NCBI GenBank assembly: GCA_012271015.1 | Contig: JAAXHD010000056.1 | Location: 10,115 to 74,114 of the forward strand | DNA: 64,000 bases | Source of the DNA: Candidatus Poribacteria bacterium | Lineage (GTDB): Bacteria > Poribacteria > WGA-4E > WGA-3G | Direction: 5' to 3' | Part shown: in pieces, positions 1 through 8,282 of the stretch | Position numbering within the stretch: the stretch's first letter is position 1 | Layout: each line of letters starts with the position of its first letter | The notes under the pieces: generated by a model | Databases searched by the model: none | Told to the model about the DNA's origin: nothing | The model's input: only the letters and a program-made list of their open reading frames with translations | Program-made: the position numbers and the translations under genes

Positions 1-1109
1 ATTTTTCGCATATCCAATTCATTCGCCATCGCGTGCATCACGCTACCAGCGGTGAGGAACATCAGCCCTTTAAAGAAGGCATGCGTTACCAAATGGAAAA
101 TGCCAGAGGCATAAGCCCCAACACCAACACCAAGGAACATATACCCGAGTTGGCTTACAGTCGAATAGGCGAGGATACGTTTTATATCGTTCTGTGTAAG
201 TGCTATCGTTGCCGCGAAGAAGGCAGTCAAAACACCGATCCATGCGACCACTTCGCCGGTATGTGCTATATTATAAAGCACAGCGGAGCGTGCTATCATA
301 TATACACCCGCAGTCACCATTGTCGCGGCGTGGATCAAGGCACTAACAGGGGTCGGACCTTCCATTGCGTCCGGGAGCCATACATAGAGCGGAATCTGTG
401 CCGATTTACCTATTGCACCAACGAAAAGTAACAAGGTCGCAATGACGAGGGTACTCGCACCAAAGACTTTCTGAAAATTATCTGCCTCAGCGGCTTCAAA
501 TATCGATGCGAAATCGAGGGTTCCGAACGCAGCAAACAGGGTAAACATCCCCAGCAAGAATCCGAAGTCACCAATCCGGTTCACGATGAATGCCTTTTTC
601 CCAGCATCTGTCGCCGTTTGCTTCTCATACCAAAACCCTATGAGGAGATAGGAGCAGAGACCAACGCCTTCCCATCCGACGAACATCATCAGATAGTTGT
701 TTCCAAGGACCAAGATTAGCATTGCAAAGACGAACAGGTTCAGATAGGCAAAATAGCGTGTATATCCTTCATCGCCATGCATGTAGCCGATCGAATAGAC
801 GTGGATGAGAAACCCAACACCTGTAATCACTAACAACATCACTGACGTGAGTGCGTCCACACGGAACCCGATATTGAAAGCGAACGACTCGCCTGTAATC
901 CATTCATAGAGCGTTTCATCGAATGGTGCAGCACCGCCGTGCAAACTGGCAAAAGCGATAATCGAACAGACTAAAGAGACAAGCACTGCAAGCGAACCGA
1001 TCCACCCGCTGAGTTGTTCGTTCCCTTTTAGCCATTTTCCTAATAACCCGTTAATCAAGAACCCAATAAGTGGGGCAACTAACAGGACAACAATTAATTC
1101 TATTGTCAT
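1..1109 (-). CDS. nuoL: NADH-quinone oxidoreductase subunit L, partial (5' part; gene continues left of window)
   Basis: Absent from the ORF track because it has no stop in the window. Translation from ATG at 1109 gives MTIELIVVLLVAPLIGFLINGLL. At the window edge it reads FLTAGSVMHAMANELDMRK. Both are NuoL/ND5 hallmarks, and the gene follows nuoK in operon order. Confidence 0.85.
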   Translation of the reverse strand, partial: MTIELIVVLLVAPLIGFLINGLLGKWLKGNEQLSGWIGSLAVLVSLVCSIIAFASLHGGAAPFDETLYEWITGESFAFNIGFRVDALTSVMLLVITGVGFLIHVYSIGYMHGDEGYTRYFAYLNLFVFAMLILVLGNNYLMMFVGWEGVGLCSYLLIGFWYEKQTATDAGKKAFIVNRIGDFGFLLGMFTLFAAFGTLDFASIFEAAEADNFQKVFGASTLVIATLLLFVGAIGKSAQIPLYVWLPDAMEGPTPVSALIHAATMVTAGVYMIARSAVLYNIAHTGEVVAWIGVLTAFFAATIALTQNDIKRILAYSTVSQLGYMFLGVGVGAYASGIFHLVTHAFFKGLMFLTAGSVMHAMANELDMRK

Positions 1110-1210
1110 ATTTTATCCTTGCCTATTACATTCTTTTAACTGATGGACTTCAGTGATGAAAACCATTAGTTACGGCATAACGGAGTATGCCTACTACTTT
1201 AGCGAATTGC

Positions 1211-1510
1211 TTAGCCCTTCAACGAATTAACTTCATCCACATTAACTGTCTGTCGATGTTTGAAGACGCTCACAATAATTGCAAGCCCGATCGCGACTTC
1301 TGCAGCAGCGACCGTCATCACAAAGAAAACGAACACCTGTCCCGTTGCTTCGCCCAGACTACGACTGATAGCCACAAAGGCGAGATTCGCCGCATTCAGC
1401 ATCAGTTCAATACACATGAAGATGATAATAGCGTTCCTGCGGATGAGTACCCCGATTACTCCGATTGTAAACAAGAGCGCGCTCAATATGAGATAATATT
1501 CTAATGACAT
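1211..1510 (-). CDS. nuoK: NADH-quinone oxidoreductase subunit K
   Basis: Internal ATG (1510) of the 146-aa track ORF gives a 99-aa protein, [28 protein letters not shown]...MLNAANLAF...[11 protein letters not shown]. This is typical NuoK with three TM helices. Confidence 0.9.
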   Translation of the reverse strand: MSLEYYLILSALLFTIGVIGVLIRRNAIIIFMCIELMLNAANLAFVAISRSLGEATGQVFVFFVMTVAAAEVAIGLAIIVSVFKHRQTVNVDEVNSLKG

Positions 1511-1540
1511 TTTTTTAACTTTCCTTGCAGTTCGATCAAG
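1511..1540 (-). promoter_or_regulatory. Conserved leader box abutting the nuoK start
   Basis: Minus-sense CTTGATCGAACTGCAAGGAAAGTTAAAAAAA-ATG. Confidence 0.6.
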
Positions 1541-1623
1541 CGGGTTTGGAACTTTGACAGTCCTTAGCGTAAATCTGGAGAAACACCCCAGCAAAAAACC
1601 CTTCCAAATGTAAAGCAAAGACA

Positions 1624-1647
1624 AATTATGCCATTTAAGGCATAATT
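1624..1647. repeat. Perfect 9-bp hairpin in the nuoJ-nuoK spacer
   Basis: AATTATGCC-ATTTAA-GGCATAATT. Confidence 0.7.
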
Positions 1648-1708
1648 TCATTACAGGCTACGTTTTTGACGCTATGAAGATAAATACCTCATCTACTGAT
1701 TACTGACT

Positions 1709-2242
1709 TTAGCTCTCCTCTTGACCTTCGCGTTTTACCAAGACGATAACACCAATCAATGCCGCCAACAAAATAAGTGAGGTAACCTCAAACGGTAAGA
1801 GGTACTTGCTGAACAAGAGTTCGCCAATGTCATAAGTGGTTGTCGTTACCGCTGCCGCCCCAGATTCTGCCGATGCCACTGCGGTGTCGTTGAGCGCATT
1901 CACCGCGATATAGATACCTTCAGCGGCAAAGAGGATGCCTAAGATAATAGCTAATCCTTTCAGTTTCCTCCCAATAGCCCCTTGCACCGAGAGTGTTTCC
2001 AAGTTCAGGAGCATAATCACAAAGAGGAACAGAACCATGATTGCACCGGCATAGACGATTACTTGTACTGCCGCAACAAAATGTGCACCCAACAGGACAA
2101 AAAGCCCCGCTTGTGCGAAAAACGTGACAATAAGCGAAAGCGCGCTATAAATCGGATGTCGGAACGAGATTACAGAAATCGCACCGATTAGCGAAACCGC
2201 TCCAAAGAGAATAAATAGAATCTGTTCTGCATTCATCAGCAT
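1709..2242 (-). CDS. nuoJ: NADH-quinone oxidoreductase subunit J
   Basis: 177-aa polytopic membrane protein, FGAVSLIGAISVISFRHPIYSALSLI...VQVIVYAGAIMVLFLFVIMLL. Operon position is between nuoH and nuoK. Confidence 0.9.
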   Translation of the reverse strand: MLMNAEQILFILFGAVSLIGAISVISFRHPIYSALSLIVTFFAQAGLFVLLGAHFVAAVQVIVYAGAIMVLFLFVIMLLNLETLSVQGAIGRKLKGLAIILGILFAAEGIYIAVNALNDTAVASAESGAAAVTTTTYDIGELLFSKYLLPFEVTSLILLAALIGVIVLVKREGQEES

Positions 2243-2247
2243 GCCTC

Positions 2248-3435
2248 CTACTCTATTGCGTCGAGAGCGGTCGGTGTGAGCCGATCATCGCTATCTTGGA
2301 TTGCCGGCTTAGGCGTTCTCATCACAAGGAGTCCTGCCACAATAGATACAACAATAAACGCGGAAACGACATTGCCGATACCCACGATTAGACGAGAGTT
2401 AGTCGTTATCCATAAAGTACCGGTTACGACGATTGAAGTCAAGGCGACAGGCAATAGAAATTTCCAACCGAAATTCATGAGTTGGTCATAGCGGAACCGA
2501 GGAAGCGTCCATCGAACCCAGATAAACACGAATAGGAAAATAGCAGTTTTGACAAAAAAGATACCAAACGAGATTATCCCGCTCCACACAGGACCGCCCA
2601 TATTTTCTAAACCGAAGAAATGCCATCCTCCTAAGAAGAGCGTCACCGTTACGGCAGAGCCGACAATCATATTCATATATTCAGCCATGAAAAACATCGC
2701 AAATTTCATGCTACTGTATTCGGTGTGATATCCCGCTACGAGCTCCTGTTCCGCTTCAGCGAGGTCAAAGGGTAATCGATTTGTTTCGGCAAACATTGCC
2801 GTTGTAAACGCCAGAAATGCGGGAAGGTGAATCAGGAAATTCCATTGCCATGGATATGCCCCTTGTTCTATTGCGATCGTCCGCAGACTGAGTGTGTTGC
2901 CTGTTAACATTAGTATGCCGATGATCCCCAATCCGAGCGTTAGTTCGTAACTAATCATCTGTGCCGAAGAGCGTAAACCGCCGAGGAGCGAATATTTGTT
3001 ATTAGACGCCCATGCCCCGAGTACAACACCGTAGACTCCAAGAGATGTTATCGCCAATATATACAGAATACCGATGTTGATATCTGCAATCTGGAGCGGT
3101 ATTTCATGTCCCAATACCGTAATAGAACTTCCAAATGGCACGACTGCAACCGCAACAAGTGCCGGGACTAACAGCATTGCTGGTGCCATCACATAAAGTG
3201 GTTTATCCACATGATCTGGGATGAGATCCTCTTTAAACAGAAACTTAAGCCCATCAGCAACAGGTTGGAGCAGACCTTGAGGTCCAACCCGGTTAGGTCC
3301 TAACCGATCTTGCATCCATCCACTCACCCGTCGTTCCGCCCAAATCATTATCATCACGCCAATCAGCAGCAGATGGACAACGATGAGAATCTTGACGAGT
3401 GAACTGATGATTAAAACGAGAGGGATATTTTCCAT
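2248..3435 (-). CDS. nuoH: NADH-quinone oxidoreductase subunit H (long C-terminal extension)
   Basis: GWMQDRLGPNRVGPQGLLQPVADGLKFLFKEDLIP, plus the FAETNRLPFDLAEAEQELVAGYHTEYS motif. At 395 aa it is longer than usual. Confidence 0.92.
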   Translation of the reverse strand: MENIPLVLIISSLVKILIVVHLLLIGVMIMIWAERRVSGWMQDRLGPNRVGPQGLLQPVADGLKFLFKEDLIPDHVDKPLYVMAPAMLLVPALVAVAVVPFGSSITVLGHEIPLQIADINIGILYILAITSLGVYGVVLGAWASNNKYSLLGGLRSSAQMISYELTLGLGIIGILMLTGNTLSLRTIAIEQGAYPWQWNFLIHLPAFLAFTTAMFAETNRLPFDLAEAEQELVAGYHTEYSSMKFAMFFMAEYMNMIVGSAVTVTLFLGGWHFFGLENMGGPVWSGIISFGIFFVKTAIFLFVFIWVRWTLPRFRYDQLMNFGWKFLLPVALTSIVVTGTLWITTNSRLIVGIGNVVSAFIVVSIVAGLLVMRTPKPAIQDSDDRLTPTALDAIE

Positions 3436-3457
3436 TTTTTTAATTATTATCTCTGGG

Positions 3458-3480
3458 CGTTGCCTCCGTTGTCGGCAACG
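3458..3480 (-). repeat. AACAACGG-loop hairpin, copy 1
   Basis: Minus-sense CGTTGCC-GACAACGGA-GGCAACG, 22 nt upstream of the nuoH ATG. Confidence 0.8.
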
Positions 3481-3540
3481 ATCTAAAATCGTTAAGAAAC
3501 CTCTTTCAGGTTATGAAAGGTTTATTAACAATGTGGAGTC

Positions 3541-3563
3541 CTGCCCTAACAACGGCAGGGCAG
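3541..3563 (+). repeat. AACAACGG-loop hairpin, copy 2
   Basis: CTGCCCT-AACAACGGC-AGGGCAG, located between the nuoG stop and nuoH. Confidence 0.8.
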
Positions 3564-3577
3564 CGTAACAACAATCG

Positions 3578-5230
3578 TCAGAGGCTTAATTTGATACCCA
3601 TGTCCCCAATTTTCTGATGTGTTGCGTCAGCATAGCCTGGGACATTCTCGGCAATTGCCAAGGCAATCTCACCAGCAAAGTGATAGTTCATCTCACCGCC
3701 CAACTGTTTGGCAAGTTGTTGCATAATTTCCCAATCCACACGCGCTTCACCCGGTGGATCAATCGTCTTACGAATCCGTTGCACCCAACCTGTTGAGTTC
3801 GTGAAGGTGCCATCCTTCTCAGCGAAGGTGGTCCCCGGTAGCACGACATCTGCCAACTGCGTTACTTCTGAAGGCAAAACGTCTTGTACAATAAGGAAAT
3901 CAACACGCTCCAACGCCGCTTTTTCAGCATCTTCGAGAGGTCGTTCCGGTCCACCGCTGACGAGATAAACGACTTTTGCGTCCGATACCTTCTCCCAAAG
4001 TGCCTCACCCTCCAAAACGACGTTGCCATTCCCAGAACCGAGTATTGTTCGGGCACCCGCCGCGTTTGGATTCTTGTCGGCTTCAATTGTAAACTGCGGG
4101 AACTTGTGTTCTTCACCAGGCAGTTGCCCAAAGAGTCCCAACTGCGTTGTTTTCAGCATATCATGCGCCAACTGCTGTAAAATGTAGTTGTCTTCATTGG
4201 TTCCCTGTGCAGAACCGATAACAACAATGTCCTCAGCTTCTATTTCCGACACGTTTTCTGTAATTACCGCTAAGGCATCTGCCCAATGTGTTGGCGTGAG
4301 TTCGTCATCAACCCGTTTGAGTGGAAGTTGGAGTCGGTCATCGCTGTTGACATAGTGGTAACCGAGCCGACCATCGTCACACATCCAATGCTGGTTAATG
4401 TCTTCATGGAAGCGCGGCTTAAGCCTGTACACACCATCGGCTTTATATTCTACGGTAATGTTGCAACCGACACTACATCCTGAGCAGACGCTGTTCGCTT
4501 TCTCCAAAAACCACGGACGAGACTTGAACAAGAAATCTTTGCTGATCAATGCCCCAACTGGACAGATATCAACGACATTTCCTGCCAATTTGTTATCCAG
4601 TACTTGCAAAGGGACGCCTTCGTGACTCCGCGGGATATCGATTTCGTCATGGGAGCCGCGGTGAACCAAGCCTAATTCGCCCGTCCCGGAGACCTCATCA
4701 GCGAATCGGATACATCGGGTGCAGACGACGCAGCGCGTTGCGTAAAGCAGTACGTCGGGTCCCAAGTCTTTCTTAGGCGGGACATTTTTTATTTCAAGAT
4801 AGCGACTCTTATCATATCCATGTCGATGTGAATAGTCTTGCAAATCGCACTCGCCAGCCTGATCACAGACAGGACAATCAAGTGGGTGATGCACAAGCAG
4901 AAATTCCAATATATCCGCTCGTGCCTTTTTGACGCGCTCGCTATCTGTGCGGACAATAAAGTCGTACTTTCCGTCAAGTTTCCTATCGGGTGGTGCTGTT
5001 CTCAGCACCGTAGTGCACCCAGTTGCGAGTTGCCGATCAGGGACGATTGCACCAGCAGGTGGAAAGAAAACATGCGGCTCAACGAGACACATTCTGCAAT
5101 TCGCTGGGCGGGTCAATCCTGGGTGATAACAGTAGTGAGGGACTTCAATGCCGTGTTGTCTTGCCGCCTCGACTACATTCGTTCCATCTTCAACCTCTAT
5201 CTCAAGGTCATTCAGTTTAACAAATGCCAT
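3578..5230 (-). CDS. nuoG: NADH-quinone oxidoreductase subunit G, short form (550 aa)
   Basis: N-terminal 2Fe-2S (CYHPGLTRPANCRMCLV). His/Cys 4Fe-4S (HPLDCPVCDQAGECDLQ). CVVCTRCIRF...CPVGAL cluster. A truncated molybdopterin-like domain follows. Confidence 0.88.
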   Translation of the reverse strand: MAFVKLNDLEIEVEDGTNVVEAARQHGIEVPHYCYHPGLTRPANCRMCLVEPHVFFPPAGAIVPDRQLATGCTTVLRTAPPDRKLDGKYDFIVRTDSERVKKARADILEFLLVHHPLDCPVCDQAGECDLQDYSHRHGYDKSRYLEIKNVPPKKDLGPDVLLYATRCVVCTRCIRFADEVSGTGELGLVHRGSHDEIDIPRSHEGVPLQVLDNKLAGNVVDICPVGALISKDFLFKSRPWFLEKANSVCSGCSVGCNITVEYKADGVYRLKPRFHEDINQHWMCDDGRLGYHYVNSDDRLQLPLKRVDDELTPTHWADALAVITENVSEIEAEDIVVIGSAQGTNEDNYILQQLAHDMLKTTQLGLFGQLPGEEHKFPQFTIEADKNPNAAGARTILGSGNGNVVLEGEALWEKVSDAKVVYLVSGGPERPLEDAEKAALERVDFLIVQDVLPSEVTQLADVVLPGTTFAEKDGTFTNSTGWVQRIRKTIDPPGEARVDWEIMQQLAKQLGGEMNYHFAGEIALAIAENVPGYADATHQKIGDMGIKLSL

Positions 5231-5244
5231 TTTTTTACTTTCCT

Positions 5245-5264
5245 TTTTCTAATTTTCCTTACGG
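5245..5264 (-). promoter_or_regulatory. Leader-box variant upstream of nuoG (left arm of an inverted pair)
   Basis: Minus-sense CCGTAAGGAAAATTAGAAAA. It is complementary to 5462-5482 (18/20 matches plus a 1-nt bulge). Confidence 0.55.
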
Positions 5265-5395
5265 AGAAACAACATGGGTGTTTTGCTTGGGTGTTTCCCC
5301 AGAACTATCCGCTGCCTTTCCTTAAATCCGCTCTCCATCTCATTACGAACTACGGTTTTTGGTTTTATCTTTAACGCCTGTAACTGAAAACGGTA

Positions 5396-5416
5396 GCTTG
5401 CAACAACGGCGCAAGC
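5396..5416 (+). repeat. AACAACGG-loop hairpin, copy 3
   Basis: GCTTGC-AACAACGGC-GCAAGC, in the nuoF-nuoG spacer. Confidence 0.8.
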
Positions 5417-5452
5417 GGGTCTACGTAAAGGCACGCTATTCATCAAACCGAA

Positions 5453-5482
5453 CTGACCGAACCGCAAGGAACAATTAAAAAA
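5453..5482 (+). repeat. Leader-box copy in inverted orientation, directly after the nuoF stop
   Basis: CTGACCGAACCGCAAGGAACAATTAAAAAA on the plus strand. Compare the trkA and nuoK leaders. Confidence 0.6.
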
Positions 5483-5483
5483 C

Positions 5484-6959
5484 CTACAGGTCAGCGAACT
5501 CTTTCGGAACAAACCGCTGTTGATACGCGTAATTTTCCTCCGGTGGGACGGTCGCCTCGGCAACAGGCAGCGTGACCAGTTTACCTTCTCGGATGGCGGC
5601 TTCAAATTCGGGACGGAATTTGCGCATATAACTCACGGCGGGCCAGGAAACTGCAATGCCAAAGACACAAATCGTATTCCACGTCATGGTATCCACATTC
5701 GCAATGTTATTGGCAACACTTTCCAGCAAATCTAAATCTTCGTAGATATCTTCTGTCTCACCCGTATCGCCCCATCTACCGTTTTCAGCAACACCAAATT
5801 TGGGACGGGTCATCGTGCTTTTCCGTCCGTTTCCGTCGGCGATACGTTGGACAATATCCCGGACCCACGGAGTTCCCCAGCGGCACGGCGTGCACTGTCC
5901 ACAAGACTCGTGCGCGTAGAATTTCATGATATTGAGTAAGCAATCGACGATATTCCGTGTCTCGTTCATGACAATGATGCCACCGGAACCAAGCATCGAT
6001 TTTGCGAGCGTGAGTGAGGTAAAATCAAGCCGCGTATCCAACTCATAATGCGTTAGAATCGGTGCGGAACTACCACCAGGGATAACCGCTTTCACCTCTT
6101 CACCGCGCAACCCTCCAGCGACTTCAATAAGCTCTGAACAAGTCAAACCCAGATCAAGCTCATAGACACCGGGTTCGTTAACATCACCACTAATGCAATA
6201 GAGTTTTGTGCCAGTGTTGGGATCGGGTGTCGGCGGATCAGATCGCGTATCGGCATACGTAGGTCCCATTTGGGTGTACCACTCCACCCCGTTGCCAACG
6301 ATAAAAGGCAGATTGCATAAGGTCTCCACATTCTGCACTACAGTCGGTTTTCCAAACACACCTTCGACAGCAGGGAATGGAGGTTTGTTCCGAGGTTGCC
6401 CGCGTTTGCCCTCCAGCGATTCAATGAGCCCTGTCTCTTCACCACAGATATAAGCACCGGCTCCTGGATGTGAATAGATGTCAATGTTGAGTCCTGTACC
6501 ACGGATGTCTTTGCCGAGATAGCCTTGTTCGTAAGCCTCTTTGATAGCGGCATCCAACATCTGTTTCCCAAGTGTGAATTCCCCGCGGATGTAGACATAA
6601 GTCGTCTCAATGCCCATCGCGTAACAGCAAATTAGGATACCTTCAATTAAGAGGTGTGGATTCTTTTCCAAAACGTAGCGATTACTGAACGTCCCCGGCT
6701 CACTTTCGTCGGCGTTGCAACAGAGATAACATGGCTTTATATCTCTTGGAACGAAACTCCATTTCAAGCCTGTCGAAAATCCGGCACCACCTCTACCCTT
6801 CAACCCGGAATCCATCACCATTTTCGCAATATCATCTGGTTGGTATTCCGTAATTGCCTTTTCAAAACGCGTGTAGCCATCGTATTGCCGAAAGACATCG
6901 AACGTGTTAATATCAGGCACATCCAGATGCTCGTAGAGAATTCGTCTTTCTTCTATCAT
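5484..6959 (-). CDS. nuoF: NADH-quinone oxidoreductase subunit F
   Basis: GLKGRGGAGFSTGLKWSF (FMN/NADH site). ESCGQCTPCRWG (4Fe-4S). At 491 aa it carries an extra segment near the C-terminus. Confidence 0.93.
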   Translation of the reverse strand: MIEERRILYEHLDVPDINTFDVFRQYDGYTRFEKAITEYQPDDIAKMVMDSGLKGRGGAGFSTGLKWSFVPRDIKPCYLCCNADESEPGTFSNRYVLEKNPHLLIEGILICCYAMGIETTYVYIRGEFTLGKQMLDAAIKEAYEQGYLGKDIRGTGLNIDIYSHPGAGAYICGEETGLIESLEGKRGQPRNKPPFPAVEGVFGKPTVVQNVETLCNLPFIVGNGVEWYTQMGPTYADTRSDPPTPDPNTGTKLYCISGDVNEPGVYELDLGLTCSELIEVAGGLRGEEVKAVIPGGSSAPILTHYELDTRLDFTSLTLAKSMLGSGGIIVMNETRNIVDCLLNIMKFYAHESCGQCTPCRWGTPWVRDIVQRIADGNGRKSTMTRPKFGVAENGRWGDTGETEDIYEDLDLLESVANNIANVDTMTWNTICVFGIAVSWPAVSYMRKFRPEFEAAIREGKLVTLPVAEATVPPEENYAYQQRFVPKEFADL

Positions 6960-6969
6960 ACTATCTCCT

Positions 6970-7488
6970 CTACAAATTATCTATGATTTCATCAACCTTT
7001 TCTGGGGTTAAATTTTTATGCAAATCATCGTTCACCATGATAACAGGAGCGACATCGCAAGAAGCAAGACATTCCACTTTCATGAGCGTGAACTTACCAT
7101 CAGCAGTTGTACCCTTCGCGAGATTTGTTTCAGAAGCGACATCCGTGTCCAACTTCGCCTTAAGATGATCCAAAACGATCTTACAGTCCCGTAAGGCACA
7201 AGGAAGGGTGTGGCATATCCGAATGACGTACTCTCCTACCGGCTCTTCAAAGAACATCGGATAGAAGGTAACGACATCTTTGACCTTCATCACAGAAACC
7301 TCGAGTTGCTCTGCGACATACTTCATGACAGCGGGCGTAATGTAACCTGCCTGCCTTTGGGCGAGATGAAGGGTTGGCAACATCGCGGCTTCTTTAACGG
7401 GATACCGCCCTATTAACGCGTTGAATTCCCTTTGGTTTTCTTCGTTAAACGCGAAAGGCGTTTCGATTTGAATGAGTTCATCTGACAT
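6970..7488 (-). CDS. nuoE: NADH-quinone oxidoreductase subunit E
   Basis: Thioredoxin-like 2Fe-2S subunit, with LPTLHLAQRQAGYIT, ICHTLPCALRDC and ECLASCDVAPVIMVND. Confidence 0.9.
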   Translation of the reverse strand: MSDELIQIETPFAFNEENQREFNALIGRYPVKEAAMLPTLHLAQRQAGYITPAVMKYVAEQLEVSVMKVKDVVTFYPMFFEEPVGEYVIRICHTLPCALRDCKIVLDHLKAKLDTDVASETNLAKGTTADGKFTLMKVECLASCDVAPVIMVNDDLHKNLTPEKVDEIIDNL

Positions 7489-7607
7489 CTACGTTTTCCT
7501 TTGCTACGAATGCCTCCTGTACTTTGCGAGGCAGTTCAACCAAAATGAAATAAGATTCCGGATACAAGTAATCTTCCTGATACTCATTAACAACTCGCAA
7601 ATAGCCT

Positions 7608-7907
7608 TCACGAGCTCGCTTCTTCATCAGATAGAATTTGGTAGAATTTTCGCTTCTCTATGTCTTCACAACCGTTGTTTTCGATGCAAAGTGCAAATAC
7701 AGATAAACACCCTTCAATTGCTTCATAAATATTTTCAAGTAATTCTTCAAAAGTGTCCCCTTGTGTAGCACAACCGACGATTGATGGCACTTCCGCCCAA
7801 TATCCGCCTTCTTCAGCTTTATGGATAACAACTTTTAGTTTCATGGAATTTAAGTCCACTCCCTTCAAAATTACTTTATCTGTCTTTGTGAAAACTTCCA
7901 AAATCAA
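7608..7907 (-). CDS. HicB-like (UPF0150) antitoxin-domain protein, possibly degenerate
   Basis: [47 protein letters not shown] is a typical HicB N-domain. The track start is TTG at 7907, which overlaps the VOC stop as TTGA. An alternative ATG lies at 7844. The C-terminus is atypical. Confidence 0.55.
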   Translation of the reverse strand: MILEVFTKTDKVILKGVDLNSMKLKVVIHKAEEGGYWAEVPSIVGCATQGDTFEELLENIYEAIEGCLSVFALCIENNGCEDIEKRKFYQILSDEEASS

Positions 7908-8245
7908 TAGTTGCCGTAAAACTGAATACGGTTGCCTTCTGGGTCGCGGATATCGAAAATGGCATGCCCATCGTTGTTCTCAAGTTTCCGTAATCGCTTC
8001 CCTTTCGATTTCAGTTGCTGATGAACAGCACTCACGCTTTCAACGTGAAACATCAGTTTTTGTCTCCCTTCGTTGGGTTTGCTGGCACTATGGAGACATA
8101 ACGTGCAAGCACCTGCATTAAAACGGAAAAACCGATGTTCTGGAAACGGCTGGTCTTCGTCCGGCACTAATCCGACAACGTCCCTATAAAATGCAATGAC
8201 AGCCTTCATGTTTTTGACGAAAAGCATAACGCCTTTGAGTTCCAT
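7904..8245 (-). CDS. Glyoxalase/bleomycin-resistance (VOC) family protein
   Basis: 113 aa, [26 protein letters not shown]...[16 protein letters not shown], the VOC beta-alpha-beta-beta-beta pattern. Confidence 0.7.
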   Translation of the reverse strand: MELKGVMLFVKNMKAVIAFYRDVVGLVPDEDQPFPEHRFFRFNAGACTLCLHSASKPNEGRQKLMFHVESVSAVHQQLKSKGKRLRKLENNDGHAIFDIRDPEGNRIQFYGNY

Positions 8246-8282
8246 TGAATCCTCCTAAAACAGACAGCAGGATCTGACAAAG

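Noticed and set aside
33-431. 132-aa plus-strand ORF, and many similar 60-180-aa ORFs in the track (for example 1187-1504, 4838-5374, 14383-14967, 16436-16999, 24025-24330)
   Set aside because: They lie antisense to or out of frame within long genes that have clear family signatures. Their translations are Cys/Arg/His-rich or low-complexity shadow sequence.
5249-5605. 118-aa minus-strand ORF spanning the nuoF-nuoG spacer
   Set aside because: It overlaps the 3' end of nuoF out of frame and has no SD. The spacer is better explained by repeat and hairpin elements.
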